Below, one piece after another: positions 32,501 through 40,669 of a DNA stretch of 64,000 nt (positions within the stretch are counted from its first letter, which is position 1; every line of letters begins with the position of its first letter). The notes under the pieces are model-generated. The model was not told the origin of the DNA, made no database searches, and was given only the letters and a program-made list of their open reading frames with translations. Source of the stretch: Cyanidioschyzon merolae (lineage: Eukaryota); assembly GCA_000091205.1 (NCBI GenBank), contig AP006496.2; one strand, 5' to 3'. A program made the position numbers and the translations under genes.

Positions 32501-33577
32501 CAGGTCACGGATTGCAGTATCGAGAAGATTTGATGCAGTAATGAACAAATTCAAAGCGATGAAAGAGGGATCGCCCAGGGTCTGCGGTACTTTCAGATGC
32601 TCCGCAGCGCCACTGGATGCATCGGTTACCAGCCTCGACGATTTCTCTGGGCTCGTCATCCGTTCCTCTTGCGGTGCGCGTGCGGCTTTTCGGGCAGCAC
32701 CAACCAAGTCATGCAAGCGCTCGCAGATGTATGCCTGCAGCGTCGGAAGCAGTTCGCCGCGCCTCTGCAGGCAGGCAAGCAAGTGCTTTGTCTCTGGGTG
32801 CTCGCCATCACAGAGAAAAGTGACTGTCGAGAGCAGCTCTGCGAATACAGCTTCTGGCAATGCGGGCTGTTGCACAGTTACCCCAGCGGACGGCAATGAT
32901 ATCGCGTTGAGGCGCTGTGAGCGCTGCGCCCGACACTCGTGGACAATGAGTTCCAGCAAGTCAACGCGGTCGAGACACGGTGATACTTGAAAGCAGACCG
33001 CATCTGTTGTCAAGTCGATCTTCAGCAGTGAGGCATAGAGCGTGAAGTCATTGAGCGCGAACAACTCCACTAGTTTTTTTGCAGCTTCTTGCCAGTCCGA
33101 GCGCTGCAGCAGCACCTCGTCGAGGCTTTGGGTATTCGGTGCGAGCACGGGGACGCTTTCAGCGTTAGGGCCAGGAGAGCGCCTCTGGGACAAAAGTTCA
33201 GCTGCAAAACAAGGACGTGTCGGTTGCTGTGGCGAACTCGACACCGAGCCCGTACACTCTGGAGCGTGACCATTGGTTACCGAAACCGTGCCGTTTTTGC
33301 ACCCTAGGGTTTCAGTCTTTTTCCGTTCGTCCGCGATAGCTGTGGGAAACTCCTGGGAACCACAGCGCAAGTGAACGTTACGAAGCGGATAACTTGCTTC
33401 TTTCCCAAAAAGCCGCAGCTTAATCCAGATCTCACCGTCACGTTCTCGAATGGATTGGACGGTGCCGCTCTCCCAGAGTCCTTCTGCGGTGCGTACCTCG
33501 ACGCAGCGACCTCGCTTCAGCCAAACTGGAAGCGCTACGGCAGCGTCAGTCGGGGTTGACGTTTTGCGCCCCAGCAT
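29513..33577 (-). CDS. SET-domain histone-lysine N-methyltransferase (SET2/NSD/ASH1-like: AWS-SET-postSET) with N-terminal Tudor/chromo-barrel-like domain and C-terminal CCHC zinc knuckle
   Basis: About 1355 aa. SET core GRGCGIRSRAPLKKGDFIVEYMGEVI...RFLNHSCEPNCHTQKW...ELTFDY. Preceding AWS Cys cluster (CQCIGACVPGVCLNSTVCVECNPATC). Post-SET RCLCQAASCSGW. N-terminal PVWLKRGRCVEVRTAEGLWESGTVQSIRERDGEIWIKLRLFGKEASYPLRNVHL resembles a Tudor-knot/chromo-barrel. CFACGKIGHKRRDCP is a CCHC knuckle. Track ORF starts at GTG 33622. First in-frame ATG at 33577. Confidence 0.75.
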   Translation of the reverse strand: MLGRKTSTPTDAAVALPVWLKRGRCVEVRTAEGLWESGTVQSIRERDGEIWIKLRLFGKEASYPLRNVHLRCGSQEFPTAIADERKKTETLGCKNGTVSVTNGHAPECTGSVSSSPQQPTRPCFAAELLSQRRSPGPNAESVPVLAPNTQSLDEVLLQRSDWQEAAKKLVELFALNDFTLYASLLKIDLTTDAVCFQVSPCLDRVDLLELIVHECRAQRSQRLNAISLPSAGVTVQQPALPEAVFAELLSTVTFLCDGEHPETKHLLACLQRRGELLPTLQAYICERLHDLVGAARKAARAPQEERMTSPEKSSRLVTDASSGAAEHLKVPQTLGDPSFIALNLFITASNLLDTAIRDLAKEQRALPPATSGQERNASLARGVLEALLPSPAFMQKHLVTVLDWVDLLQQESSTSPKSVMGERLAEELDEHLRLLLGGWMLMTDSDLAALSVVVSDLRIAQHFFRLYSVERLLDSLSRSDQERLRGETDEVDPALWAMVRIWPDLVAAQELCWLPNSGYTLLLHCQKICKEAWGTSSARQLERYGASTLRHQLLETFTRLCCADSKLLLRALSEASAVSTWADLLRRLWELLTEGLREDDIEDSSSDETLTEDALAQQTMRVVRDAFFPAVMRFLASCHVACLRESSELFLQRVCNALGFSSRRGLDRLLAVLRRLPLVAGRLTNTDDRAAYMVLLHGLENRRREASVAAGLHPLHTSVEAVDVSQERPSTAPDAAEPSTCLRLPDWDWSRLSAGDFGERSWYTLLSYRLAILEDRKQRMLDTDDGKPSPFIHLTANEYLVPPSVAPAHADVCQCIGACVPGVCLNSTVCVECNPATCPVARSRSSTDPQCGNMRFQRQAYAPVELFFSPNGRGCGIRSRAPLKKGDFIVEYMGEVIGPTELARRKRDHALERHVYFMTLDQSTFLDASRKGTWGRFLNHSCEPNCHTQKWLVLGKVRVGIFASRDIAAGEELTFDYRMERRAAAAAAAEETSLLQRVSPRRDLDLNESDASVPIRCLCQAASCSGWISGGPFASALDEQQAMEAVEHRRAASLQHITEQIAGIRKALGPRRRSVSAEEDTGAAVDAAAKLLLTAWDDGDDDMNRETPAAGGQQVPASASVTSAMLVDVSAVPYIPRRKRAFPQDDTTDAKRTQRSEGNVASSSSSSEERAAMQQHAALPDRNGADKHSGRESATEQAAAPAGTSIIEKSAPEGVVAGVSHRSARITCFACGKIGHKRRDCPASKAGIPRLPSIGRIASNGITEQKQAAGQMFQGRNMCSTIHPKDAAGRPVQHDPSAQWARSAVHASSVPLETSLQTLQQQGSAYGMFRFETSTYRGVLDGYASDASCGQEHR

Positions 33578-33934
33578 CAGGTGGGCCCGCGAGCATGAAG
33601 CAACCCACGAATACGTATACACAAACCGCTACTCTGGAGAGCGTCTCGTTAATCAGGACGCTGCAAAGGCACCCCAGGGATCTGCCGAGTCGATGTTCGA
33701 AAAGCCAAGGATAGAGTGGATTCCTGCGAGGCCGACGTACGCCTCAGCGTGTCGGGGCGTGGCGGAGCATAGCCACGTTTGGCGCCACTACCATGGAATG
33801 AAGCCAAAATCCAGCTCCTCCATGTGTCTCAGATTCGAGGAGATCATTGAACTGTTCGTTCTGTTTCCGATTTTGTATTTTTCAGCTCTTGTTTTAGTTG
33901 TACAGCCTTGACATTCAAAGCGTGGCGATGAGAG

Positions 33935-35130
33935 GTTAGGGATGCATACGTCGTTCTAGGATTCGTGGTTGAATTTGTTTTTCGGAATGGCACAGATGAC
34001 CCTCGATCACTGGAATCGGTTACGTCATGCGAATCGTGGTGATTCGCGGAAGCTCGCAAAGAATGGTTCGTAAAATGAGCGACAAAATTAATGGATTCAT
34101 CAATACGGGCCTCTATGAGTCTTTTCTTCTTACGTGTAGCATGTTCAAATCACGCATTCTTCAAGTTTTTTACGGTCTTCCTGGTCCACGGCAACTCGCG
34201 GGTGCAGCTGCTCGCGCGTCGCTCCGGATTACCGCGGATCAAATCGTACAGTCTTGCATTGACGACCGCTGTTCAAGCCTATCCCGAAAGTTGATGGAAC
34301 TTGGCAGGTCGAATAATCGATGCTGTCGAAAAACAAATTCTCCAGTCTTTCTGAATACCCACGAAACTGCATTCCATAGCAGTAGGATACCAGTCGCGGG
34401 ATCTGCTCGCAGCGGCTTCTGTCACTTCTCTTTGCACGGTAAAGCGCCCTGGACTCGCGCTTGCGTCATCGGGGCGATCGCTTCTGGCGGAGAATGCGTC
34501 AGCGCTTTGCGTGAAGGCAGCGCTGTCGGATCGGAGTTTCTCGACTTGATTTCCATCCCGGATTTTCGTCCCGTTCATTGTTTCATCATGAACAACATCG
34601 CGTTCCGACAATCCTCCATGGAATGGAACAGCGTGCGCTTGCGTGCGCAGCTGACGGAAGACTCTCCGAGGATATCTCGCAGATAGAGCTTGTGATCCTG
34701 GGGTACAGCACCGAGCGCGGAAACGGAGTAAAGCATGTAGGGAAACCTTCTCTACCCGTCCAGGGCACGTACCGTGCAGTGAAACATGCGCTCATGTGCC
34801 AGAGAACGGCCGTTGGTAGAGAAAGTATTGCGGATACATTTGGGCACTTGACCTCCACCGAGTGTCACTGCTGCGCAGGACACACCGAGGGTACCATGCA
34901 AAGAAGAAGGCGATGGGAAAAGGATCGCAGATCTCAGCTTCCGTCCGCGCAAGCGATGCATTCCTACCAACCGAACGTGGCGAAACTGGGGCTTGATCGC
35001 TGCGATCAAGCCTCAGTTTCTGCTGCTCTGCAAGGATGAAAAAATAGCTTGAACGTTGCGGTCGTCTACAAAGTGCCAAGTTGCTTCCTGCAGGCACAGC
35101 ATCTAAAACTTTGCATAGAGTACTGACCAG
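33935..35130 (+). mobile_element. Family-2 compact TnpB-like element, decayed copy A, about 1.2 kb, in the SET-gene promoter region
   Basis: 5-prime terminus ...agaggttagggatgcatacgtcgttctaggattcg nearly identical to copy C (aggggcttaggaatgcatacgtagtttccggattctcg). Frame-b remnants ISQIELVILGYSTERGNGVK (RuvC-II-like, Glu retained), TYRAVKHAL and GHLTSTECHCCAGH (TS..C..C zinc finger). The track ORFs 34027-34686 and 34578-35039 are in different frames, so a frameshift is present. Confidence 0.55.
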
Positions 35131-37046
35131 CGCGCTGAACCCGGCAAATGTTCCTGCAGCAGCGCTCCGCGCGGAATCGATACACAGCCGCACGCCATTC
35201 GCCTGCTACTGCGCCTAACCTTCGACCAGAGCAGTGTGTCTATTGTTCGCATGCGAATCACTGCTCGCAGACGGAGAACCTGGTGCAGCATCCCGACTGG
35301 AATCGACGGTCGGACTGCGCGGTGCTGAACCTGCGGGTACAATTTTGTCCGTACATACAGTCCATGGACAAAGCGCGTGTCGTGGAGCGTGCGAGCGCCT
35401 TGACGCCGTCGCGCGCTGGCGAATCAACGTATCCGTTCGTAGGGCTCGGTTGGCCCAGTTCGAGAGTGTTCACTACACGAGGCGAATCGCAGTCTCGGAC
35501 CAGTCGCTGCGTTCGCCAACGCTCGGCCTGGGAATCCGCAGCGACACTGCGACGCCATGCTGTCGCTGGAACGGAGGATCGTGTGGGCGGACCACTATCC
35601 CCGAATCAATGCTTGGATAACGGTAAAGAGGACTGGGAGGATTTGGTGCGCCATGTAGGCTTGCTTCCCGGATGCCGATAACCATCACATCATTGGGGAT
35701 CAGAGGTTAGATTCCAAAATCCTACACCATTAGGAATCACACTCGCGGTCCTGAGCACTTGGTAACCATCCGACACTCGGGGATTCCTCGTTAGATTCAA
35801 CAATGCTCTACCATGACGTCTTCCTATTGCTGGGTTCCGCCTGCGTTCGCCCGGGCGCCTCGCCGTGCTCCAGATGATCGATCATGGCGGAGCGTGCCAG
35901 CTGGAATCATCGCGAGGTATCGTGCCAGGCCCCAATATTACCTTGTGTGTCAAAGGCGGCACCGCGACGCGCACCAGCGACAGAGCCTGCAGCAAGAGAT
36001 TACTCTACGTGAGCTTCCGAGCTACGACACCTGATTTTCGCTGCAGTGCGATGCGAACACGCACGTGCGAGTGCGGGGTGTCGGACACGTGTCCTTCATC
36101 GATCGGTGAGGCGTCTCGCGCGGTGCACGCAGTGCGCTAAGTGAGCGTTCCTGGGAGATCAGGCAGGCATAAGACACGACGCGCGTGCCGCCGCTGAAGG
36201 GAAACGCGATCCTGATCTCTGGTGTGTTGTTCAGCTGTAAAAGTTGTATTCGCGCTGGAGTCGAACAAAAATATAGTTTTCAGTTCGTTTTTGTTTCAAA
36301 CTTCAAACAAGTCTAGTCAAATGTTTTTTCGCAGTATATAACAGAAGGGTTTAAAGAGCGTTCAAGAAATATAAAAATAAAAAAACGGAAAAAGGAACGC
36401 TATGAAAAAGCAAATGCACGATCCTGGAGGCCCAGGTTCGCCGGCTGCCAGAAAAAAATAGTGCCGAGTCCAGAAGAAAAGGAAGAGAAGAAGGACCGAA
36501 AGGCGGAGGTCCTACGTCGAAGGCGGCAAGAAAGACGACTGTACGACGAGATGGTGGTGAAAACCTTTCTTCTTGGACATATCAAGGATCCGTACAGGGA
36601 AAAGTTGCGAGACGCTATCGAAAAACGTGTTGCGTCATACTCCAAGAATATTATAAAGGCGTCGTCAGGACTGATGCATTTAGCAAGGGAGATGTACGAA
36701 GACGTCGCGAACATGGAAACGGTCGAGATTCCAGACGAGTTTTTCGACAAACCTTTATTCGTCAGCTGATGCTTGGCACAGGGGAAGTGCGGAGGGAAAA
36801 TGAGCGGGTGCGCGCCCTCCACGAAAAATATCCCTTTTACAGCTTCAATGGTACTCGATACAAGGGTGACCGGGGTATTTACGGCTACGGGGCGATGAAG
36901 TACCCCACGAACCTGAAGAACCATTTGACAGAGAACTTCGAACGTTTCATGGTACGCGCCGTGTTTGCGCTGTATCCGGACATCTCTCGCAATGGAAAAT
37001 GGGCGATGATCAACGGCATCACGAGCGATCGCAAGCATGAAGATGA

Positions 37047-38618
37047 GGTCGAATTTGTCGACAAGAAAGCGCCAAACGAGAACACGAATGAAGCTTCTGT
37101 AATCCGTGCGGTTATACAAGAGCATCGTGCGGTACTGGGGCTGGCGTATCCAACAGACAAGATATCAGCGTTGAAAAAGATAAGGAAAGATACTATCGCC
37201 TCATCCTGCGATATTTCGTGTTTCTGGACCGAGAGCTCGAACGCAAGGCAGAAACGAAGCTAAGTGAAGGAAAAAATGAAGAGTGGGAGAGACGGAAGGC
37301 TGCCCTAATGGGGAAGCGCTTCGATGTGGTTCCAGTGTGCAAGATCAAGTCACATTTTGTGACTATCGACTCCGGCGTCCTCTACGGCATCATGAGGGAC
37401 ATCAGTCCGGAGTTCAGTGTCAGCAGGGAGAACTTCACCGGCGAAAACCGGGAGACGTACTTGAAGAACATCTCCAATTTCAAACGTCTGAGAGTGAACA
37501 AGCAAAAGTTGTTCACTGGGATGATCGAAACCGATGGAGTAGCCTTGTGTGTACACTATCGGCGGTTGAAGAAAGATCGGCCAGTTCCGCCCTCGGCTGC
37601 GCCCGTGACGAAGGGTGCAGAAAAGAAAGAGGCGGATCCTGAGACGCAGGAGGTGGAGGATAACGACTTTGTCGTTGAAGTGACGAAGGATGAAGATGAG
37701 AAGGAGGCGGATCCTGCGACACAGAAGGTGCAAGATAACGACCTTGTCGTTGATGCGGCGAAGGATGAAGATGAGAAGGAGGCGGATCCTGAGACGCAGG
37801 AGGTGGAGGATAACGACTTTGTCGTTTGCGCGGACCCTGGGAACACGAATATCATCACCATCGCAGCACCGAAGCGTGCGGAAGATGGTACTGATGGTAA
37901 CGTACGTCAGAAAGACATGCGAGTTTTGAGGATCTCGAGAGCGAGATACTATCGAGAATCGGGAATAATGAATGCGAGGAAGAAAATTGCTACATGGAAT
38001 GCAGGAATGAAGGATCACCTGGAAGCTTTGAGTGAGGTGACTAGCCGAAGAGCGGACTTTCAAGCTTTTCGGAAATTCATGGAAGTTTGCATTGTCCATT
38101 GGGATGCACTGTGGGAGGAGTATACCAAGGCCCGGTGGGCTCGTTTGCGTATGAATTTGTATTGTGGGAAGCAGCGGGGGTTCGCGAATTTATTCAATAA
38201 CTTGAGCGCCTTGAAGGAGGATGAAAATCAGAGGCTCGTCGTAGCATACGGAGCAGGGCGCTGGAAGACCCAAAAAGGGACTACTCCAGCTCCAACGACA
38301 AGAACATACAGGGAGTGCGCACGGCGTTTCGTTACGATACCTGTAGATGAGTTCCGAACGTCCTATGCACACCATGAACTGGGTTGTACACTTCAGAGAG
38401 TCGAGATGGAAAAGTGCCAGAGGAGCGCTGAGGAAATAGCAAAGTACGGACCGCTGACGGAGGCGCAAACGGAAAGGAGTGCGAAAGTTCGTGGACTACT
38501 CGCTTTAGTGAGTATAACTCCGGACGGGAAGAAACGTATGGAGTTTGTGAACCGAGATTTTAATGCCGCAATCAATCTACGGAAATGTGCGGTACTGGAC
38601 AAGAGACCTCCAGAGTAG
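37047..38618 (+). CDS. Intact C-terminal about 520-aa portion of the Fanzor/TnpB-like protein containing the split RuvC-like nuclease and zinc-ribbon motifs
   Basis: RuvC-I-like [17 protein letters not shown] (Asp in ADPG, about nt 37824-37845). RuvC-II region [17 protein letters not shown]...TRTYREC lacks the canonical Glu, as reported for Fanzor1 proteins with a relocated glutamate (from memory). RTS zinc-ribbon region [13 protein letters not shown]...EMEKC at about 38355. Ruv[18 protein letters not shown] at about 38550 (TnpB DRDxNAAxNI). Stop at 38616-38618. Confidence 0.7.
37626..37826 (+). repeat. 75-bp (25-aa) tandem repeat x2.7 inside the Fanzor ORF, immediately N-terminal to the RuvC-I motif
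   Basis: Protein repeat [25 protein letters not shown] / [25 protein letters not shown] / [22 protein letters not shown]. The nucleotide unit ggcggatcctgagacgcaggaggtggaggataacgactttgtcgtt... recurs with a 75-nt period. Confidence 0.8.
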
Positions 38619-38750
38619 ACAAGAGAGAACTTTATTGGACAACCTCTCAAAGTCGAACTATATGAGAAAATGTTGGAAGCAGTAGTGGGTGGCCGGTCCA
38701 AAAAGACGGGCAGGCGTCTGCACATCAGTCAGAGACGATTTGTCTAAGGC
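38560..38750 (+). ncRNA. Candidate omega-RNA / right-end region of the Fanzor element (3-prime end of ORF plus about 130-nt conserved tail)
   Basis: By analogy with TnpB/Fanzor systems, the guide-RNA scaffold overlaps the ORF 3-prime end and the transposon right end. This tail (ggacaacctctcaaagtcgaactatatgagaaaatgttggaagcag...ggtggccggtccaaaaagacgggcaggcgtctgcacatcag) is conserved in the second family-1 fragment at 54860-54990, although that copy's coding sequence is destroyed. Confidence 0.3.
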
Positions 38751-38843
38751 GCGTTCGCCGCCATTACTGTACGCCGCCGACGTCGTTCGACTCTCGAAAG
38801 GCGTTTAGTCGTGGCGACAAGTCTGCAGTTCCAGTTGCAAGCA

Positions 38844-39122
38844 ATGGGCAAACGCACACGGAAAGTGGGCATCTGCGGCAAGTACGGTACGAGGTATGGA
38901 GCGTCACTGCGAAAAACCGTGAAGAAGATGGAAATCACCCAGCACGCCAAGTACACGTGTCCGTTTTGCGCGAAGGATGCAGTGAAGCGGAAGGCAGTCG
39001 GCGTATGGGAGTGCAAGCGCTGTCGGAAGCGGATAGCTGGTGGCGCCTGGGTCCTGAACACCACCGCAGCGGCAACAGTGCGCACGACGATTCGTCGTCT
39101 GCGCGAGACCGTGGAGCAGTGA
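38844..39122 (+). CDS. RPL37A: 60S ribosomal protein L37a (eL43)
   Basis: [88 protein letters not shown] matches eL43 almost residue for residue, including the C4 zinc ribbon. ATG at 38844. The track ORF starts at an upstream GTG at 38811. Confidence 0.9.
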   Translation: MGKRTRKVGICGKYGTRYGASLRKTVKKMEITQHAKYTCPFCAKDAVKRKAVGVWECKRCRKRIAGGAWVLNTTAAATVRTTIRRLRETVEQ

Positions 39123-40669
39123 GGCTGTTCGGAGAAGGACAACGAGCACTGGGTGGCGTCTTGGATGAAAGTCGGCGAGGATGTGTCTAGTTCAAGGCGA
39201 ATGCGGCCTGTGCTGGGAGCACTAGCTAATTCGTATCGCCTACGCGCGGTTCGCTTGGTAATGAACGCCACGAGATAGCAGCGTGAGGTATGCAGCGCGT
39301 TCGACACCCAACGAGAGTGCTCCGAGTGAGCGCGCGCGACCTCTCGAGCTTGTACTGTGGGCACTTGTCGAATTGATATTCGGAGTGGCACGCCGCCACG
39401 CGCATCACTTGGAGATTACTGGTCCTGTGTGGTGATACGTTTCGCATGCCGCTTTGAGTGTAGCGTGCGCCTGTCGAGCGTCCACCGTTCGTAAGGTGTT
39501 GCGCGAGATAAGAGTCCCGCGCATTCCGCCCGCTAGAGCTTGATTATCCGATGATACATGAACGACTAGCTTGTCGAAACGTTAGCGGTAAAGAAGCGAG
39601 TATCTAGCGTACAAGACGCGTGTAGCTTTTCGCTCCTAAACACTGTACGCAGTAAAGAGCGCACGGCTTGGTGTCAGTCTCGAGCGCATGAACGACCACA
39701 GTGTTCTTCGATGGTTTGTGTAAAACTGGGCCCGCCTGAAAGGACAGCGATCTACGACACGATTAGCATCCGCGGACGCCTGGTCAGAGCGATCGGGATG
39801 CCTGTGGAAACGCGTACTTGCCGACGTTTGCAGGCGCTCACGGGCGGCCTCGGTGGCAGGGGCGAAGATCGAGCCCCTGCATCGATGATGCGTCATGCTT
39901 CTCTGCAGACGATTTAGATGCAGTCAAATGGGACTCGGCATCGAAACTGTCGTTACCTGCTGACTAGGTTGCCACAGCACGTAAGCAAACCTGCCGGCAA
40001 CCCCGGTGTGCGCCTTGCCGCGAGTGCTCACTTTTGAATGACTGCTGCGAGCCTGTGTTCGCTACAGGGCGCGACTACCCAGAGTCGCCCGGCACCAGTG
40101 CGTGTGCTCGTGACGACAGCAGCGCTGAACGCAGGTGATTGAGATTTGCTTACCTACCGGCTCGCTGAGCACATCGATTCACTGGACATGCGCGAACGAA
40201 GAGCTTTTCACGTGAAGCTACCATATCTCCCTGAGCGGATATGGCTTTCTGTCTGGACTGTGCAGAGGCAGCGGCGCCAAGTACGTTGCACTCGGATGCT
40301 CGCACGCTGCTGTTGCAACGCTGCAGGCACGCCAGAACTGCCACTACGGAGATACAGCATGCGATGCGCGGTTCTCGATACGTCCGATGATGACGCAGTT
40401 GTAGGTATCGCCCAGAACACGTGGTGGCTTTCCGAGCTCAGTCCATCGTCATGCTCCAGTGCGCATGGATTATCATGCAGCCGGGAGCCATAAAATGGAG
40501 CGCGAGACTGCGATGAACGCTTGCTACAGTGCTGAATGTGTTGCCACTGTCGCCGCACGGAAACAGCGCAAGTCGTCGTGTCGATGCTGGGGCCCACACG
40601 AAAGGCCGGATCGTAATGCGAGCGAGCGCAGCCCCGCGTTAGATGGTTAAACACATGTCAGACTAGAAT

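Larger units (their letters stand above)
36461..38618 (+). pseudogene. Fanzor/TnpB-like RNA-guided-nuclease-type ORF of about 720 aa, interrupted by two frameshifts (possibly inactivated, or homopolymer assembly errors)
   Basis: Three consecutive ORFs in three frames: 36461-36769, 36769-37263 and 37047(open)/37218(GTG)-38618. The first junction is a 1-nt overlap (tgA/Atg). The second occurs near an A-run at about 37173-37180. Read across the shifts, the protein is continuous and K/E/R-rich in the N-terminal half. Confidence 0.6.
36230..38750 (+). mobile_element. Family-1 Fanzor1-like (eukaryotic TnpB-like, OrfB_IS605-type) element, about 2.5 kb; AT-rich island ending about 95 bp upstream of RPL37A
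   Basis: Sharp compositional break against the GC-rich flanks (aaaaatatagttttcagttcgtttttgtttcaaacttcaaac...). One long coding region on the plus strand with TnpB/Fanzor motifs. The 3-prime non-coding tail (to about 38749, ...gagacgatttgtctaagg) is conserved with the fragment at 54535-54990. The left boundary is approximate. Confidence 0.65.

Noticed and set aside
34255-34275. SCIDDRC (copy A) / RCIDDERRN (copy C) as the family-2 RuvC-I GIDLG motif.
   Set aside because: Its distance to the RuvC-II-like IELVILG (about 148 aa) is too long for TnpB. The VIGAIAS-type segment about 82 aa upstream of RuvC-II fits the spacing better. The assignment remains uncertain.
34440-34560. The family-2 'head' region (gtcatcggggcGATCGCTTCTGGcgg...) briefly resembled the 5-prime end of U2 snRNA (ATCGCTTCTCGGCC), and the ggttcgccaaccc string in copy C resembled a tRNA T-loop. 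I considered a tRNA- or snRNA-derived SINE.
   Set aside because: No branch-point-binding sequence, no Sm site, no tRNA cloverleaf. Instead the copies are about 1.2 kb, collinear end to end, and carry TnpB-type RuvC-II, zinc-finger and RuvC-III remnants. A TnpB-derived element explains all of it.
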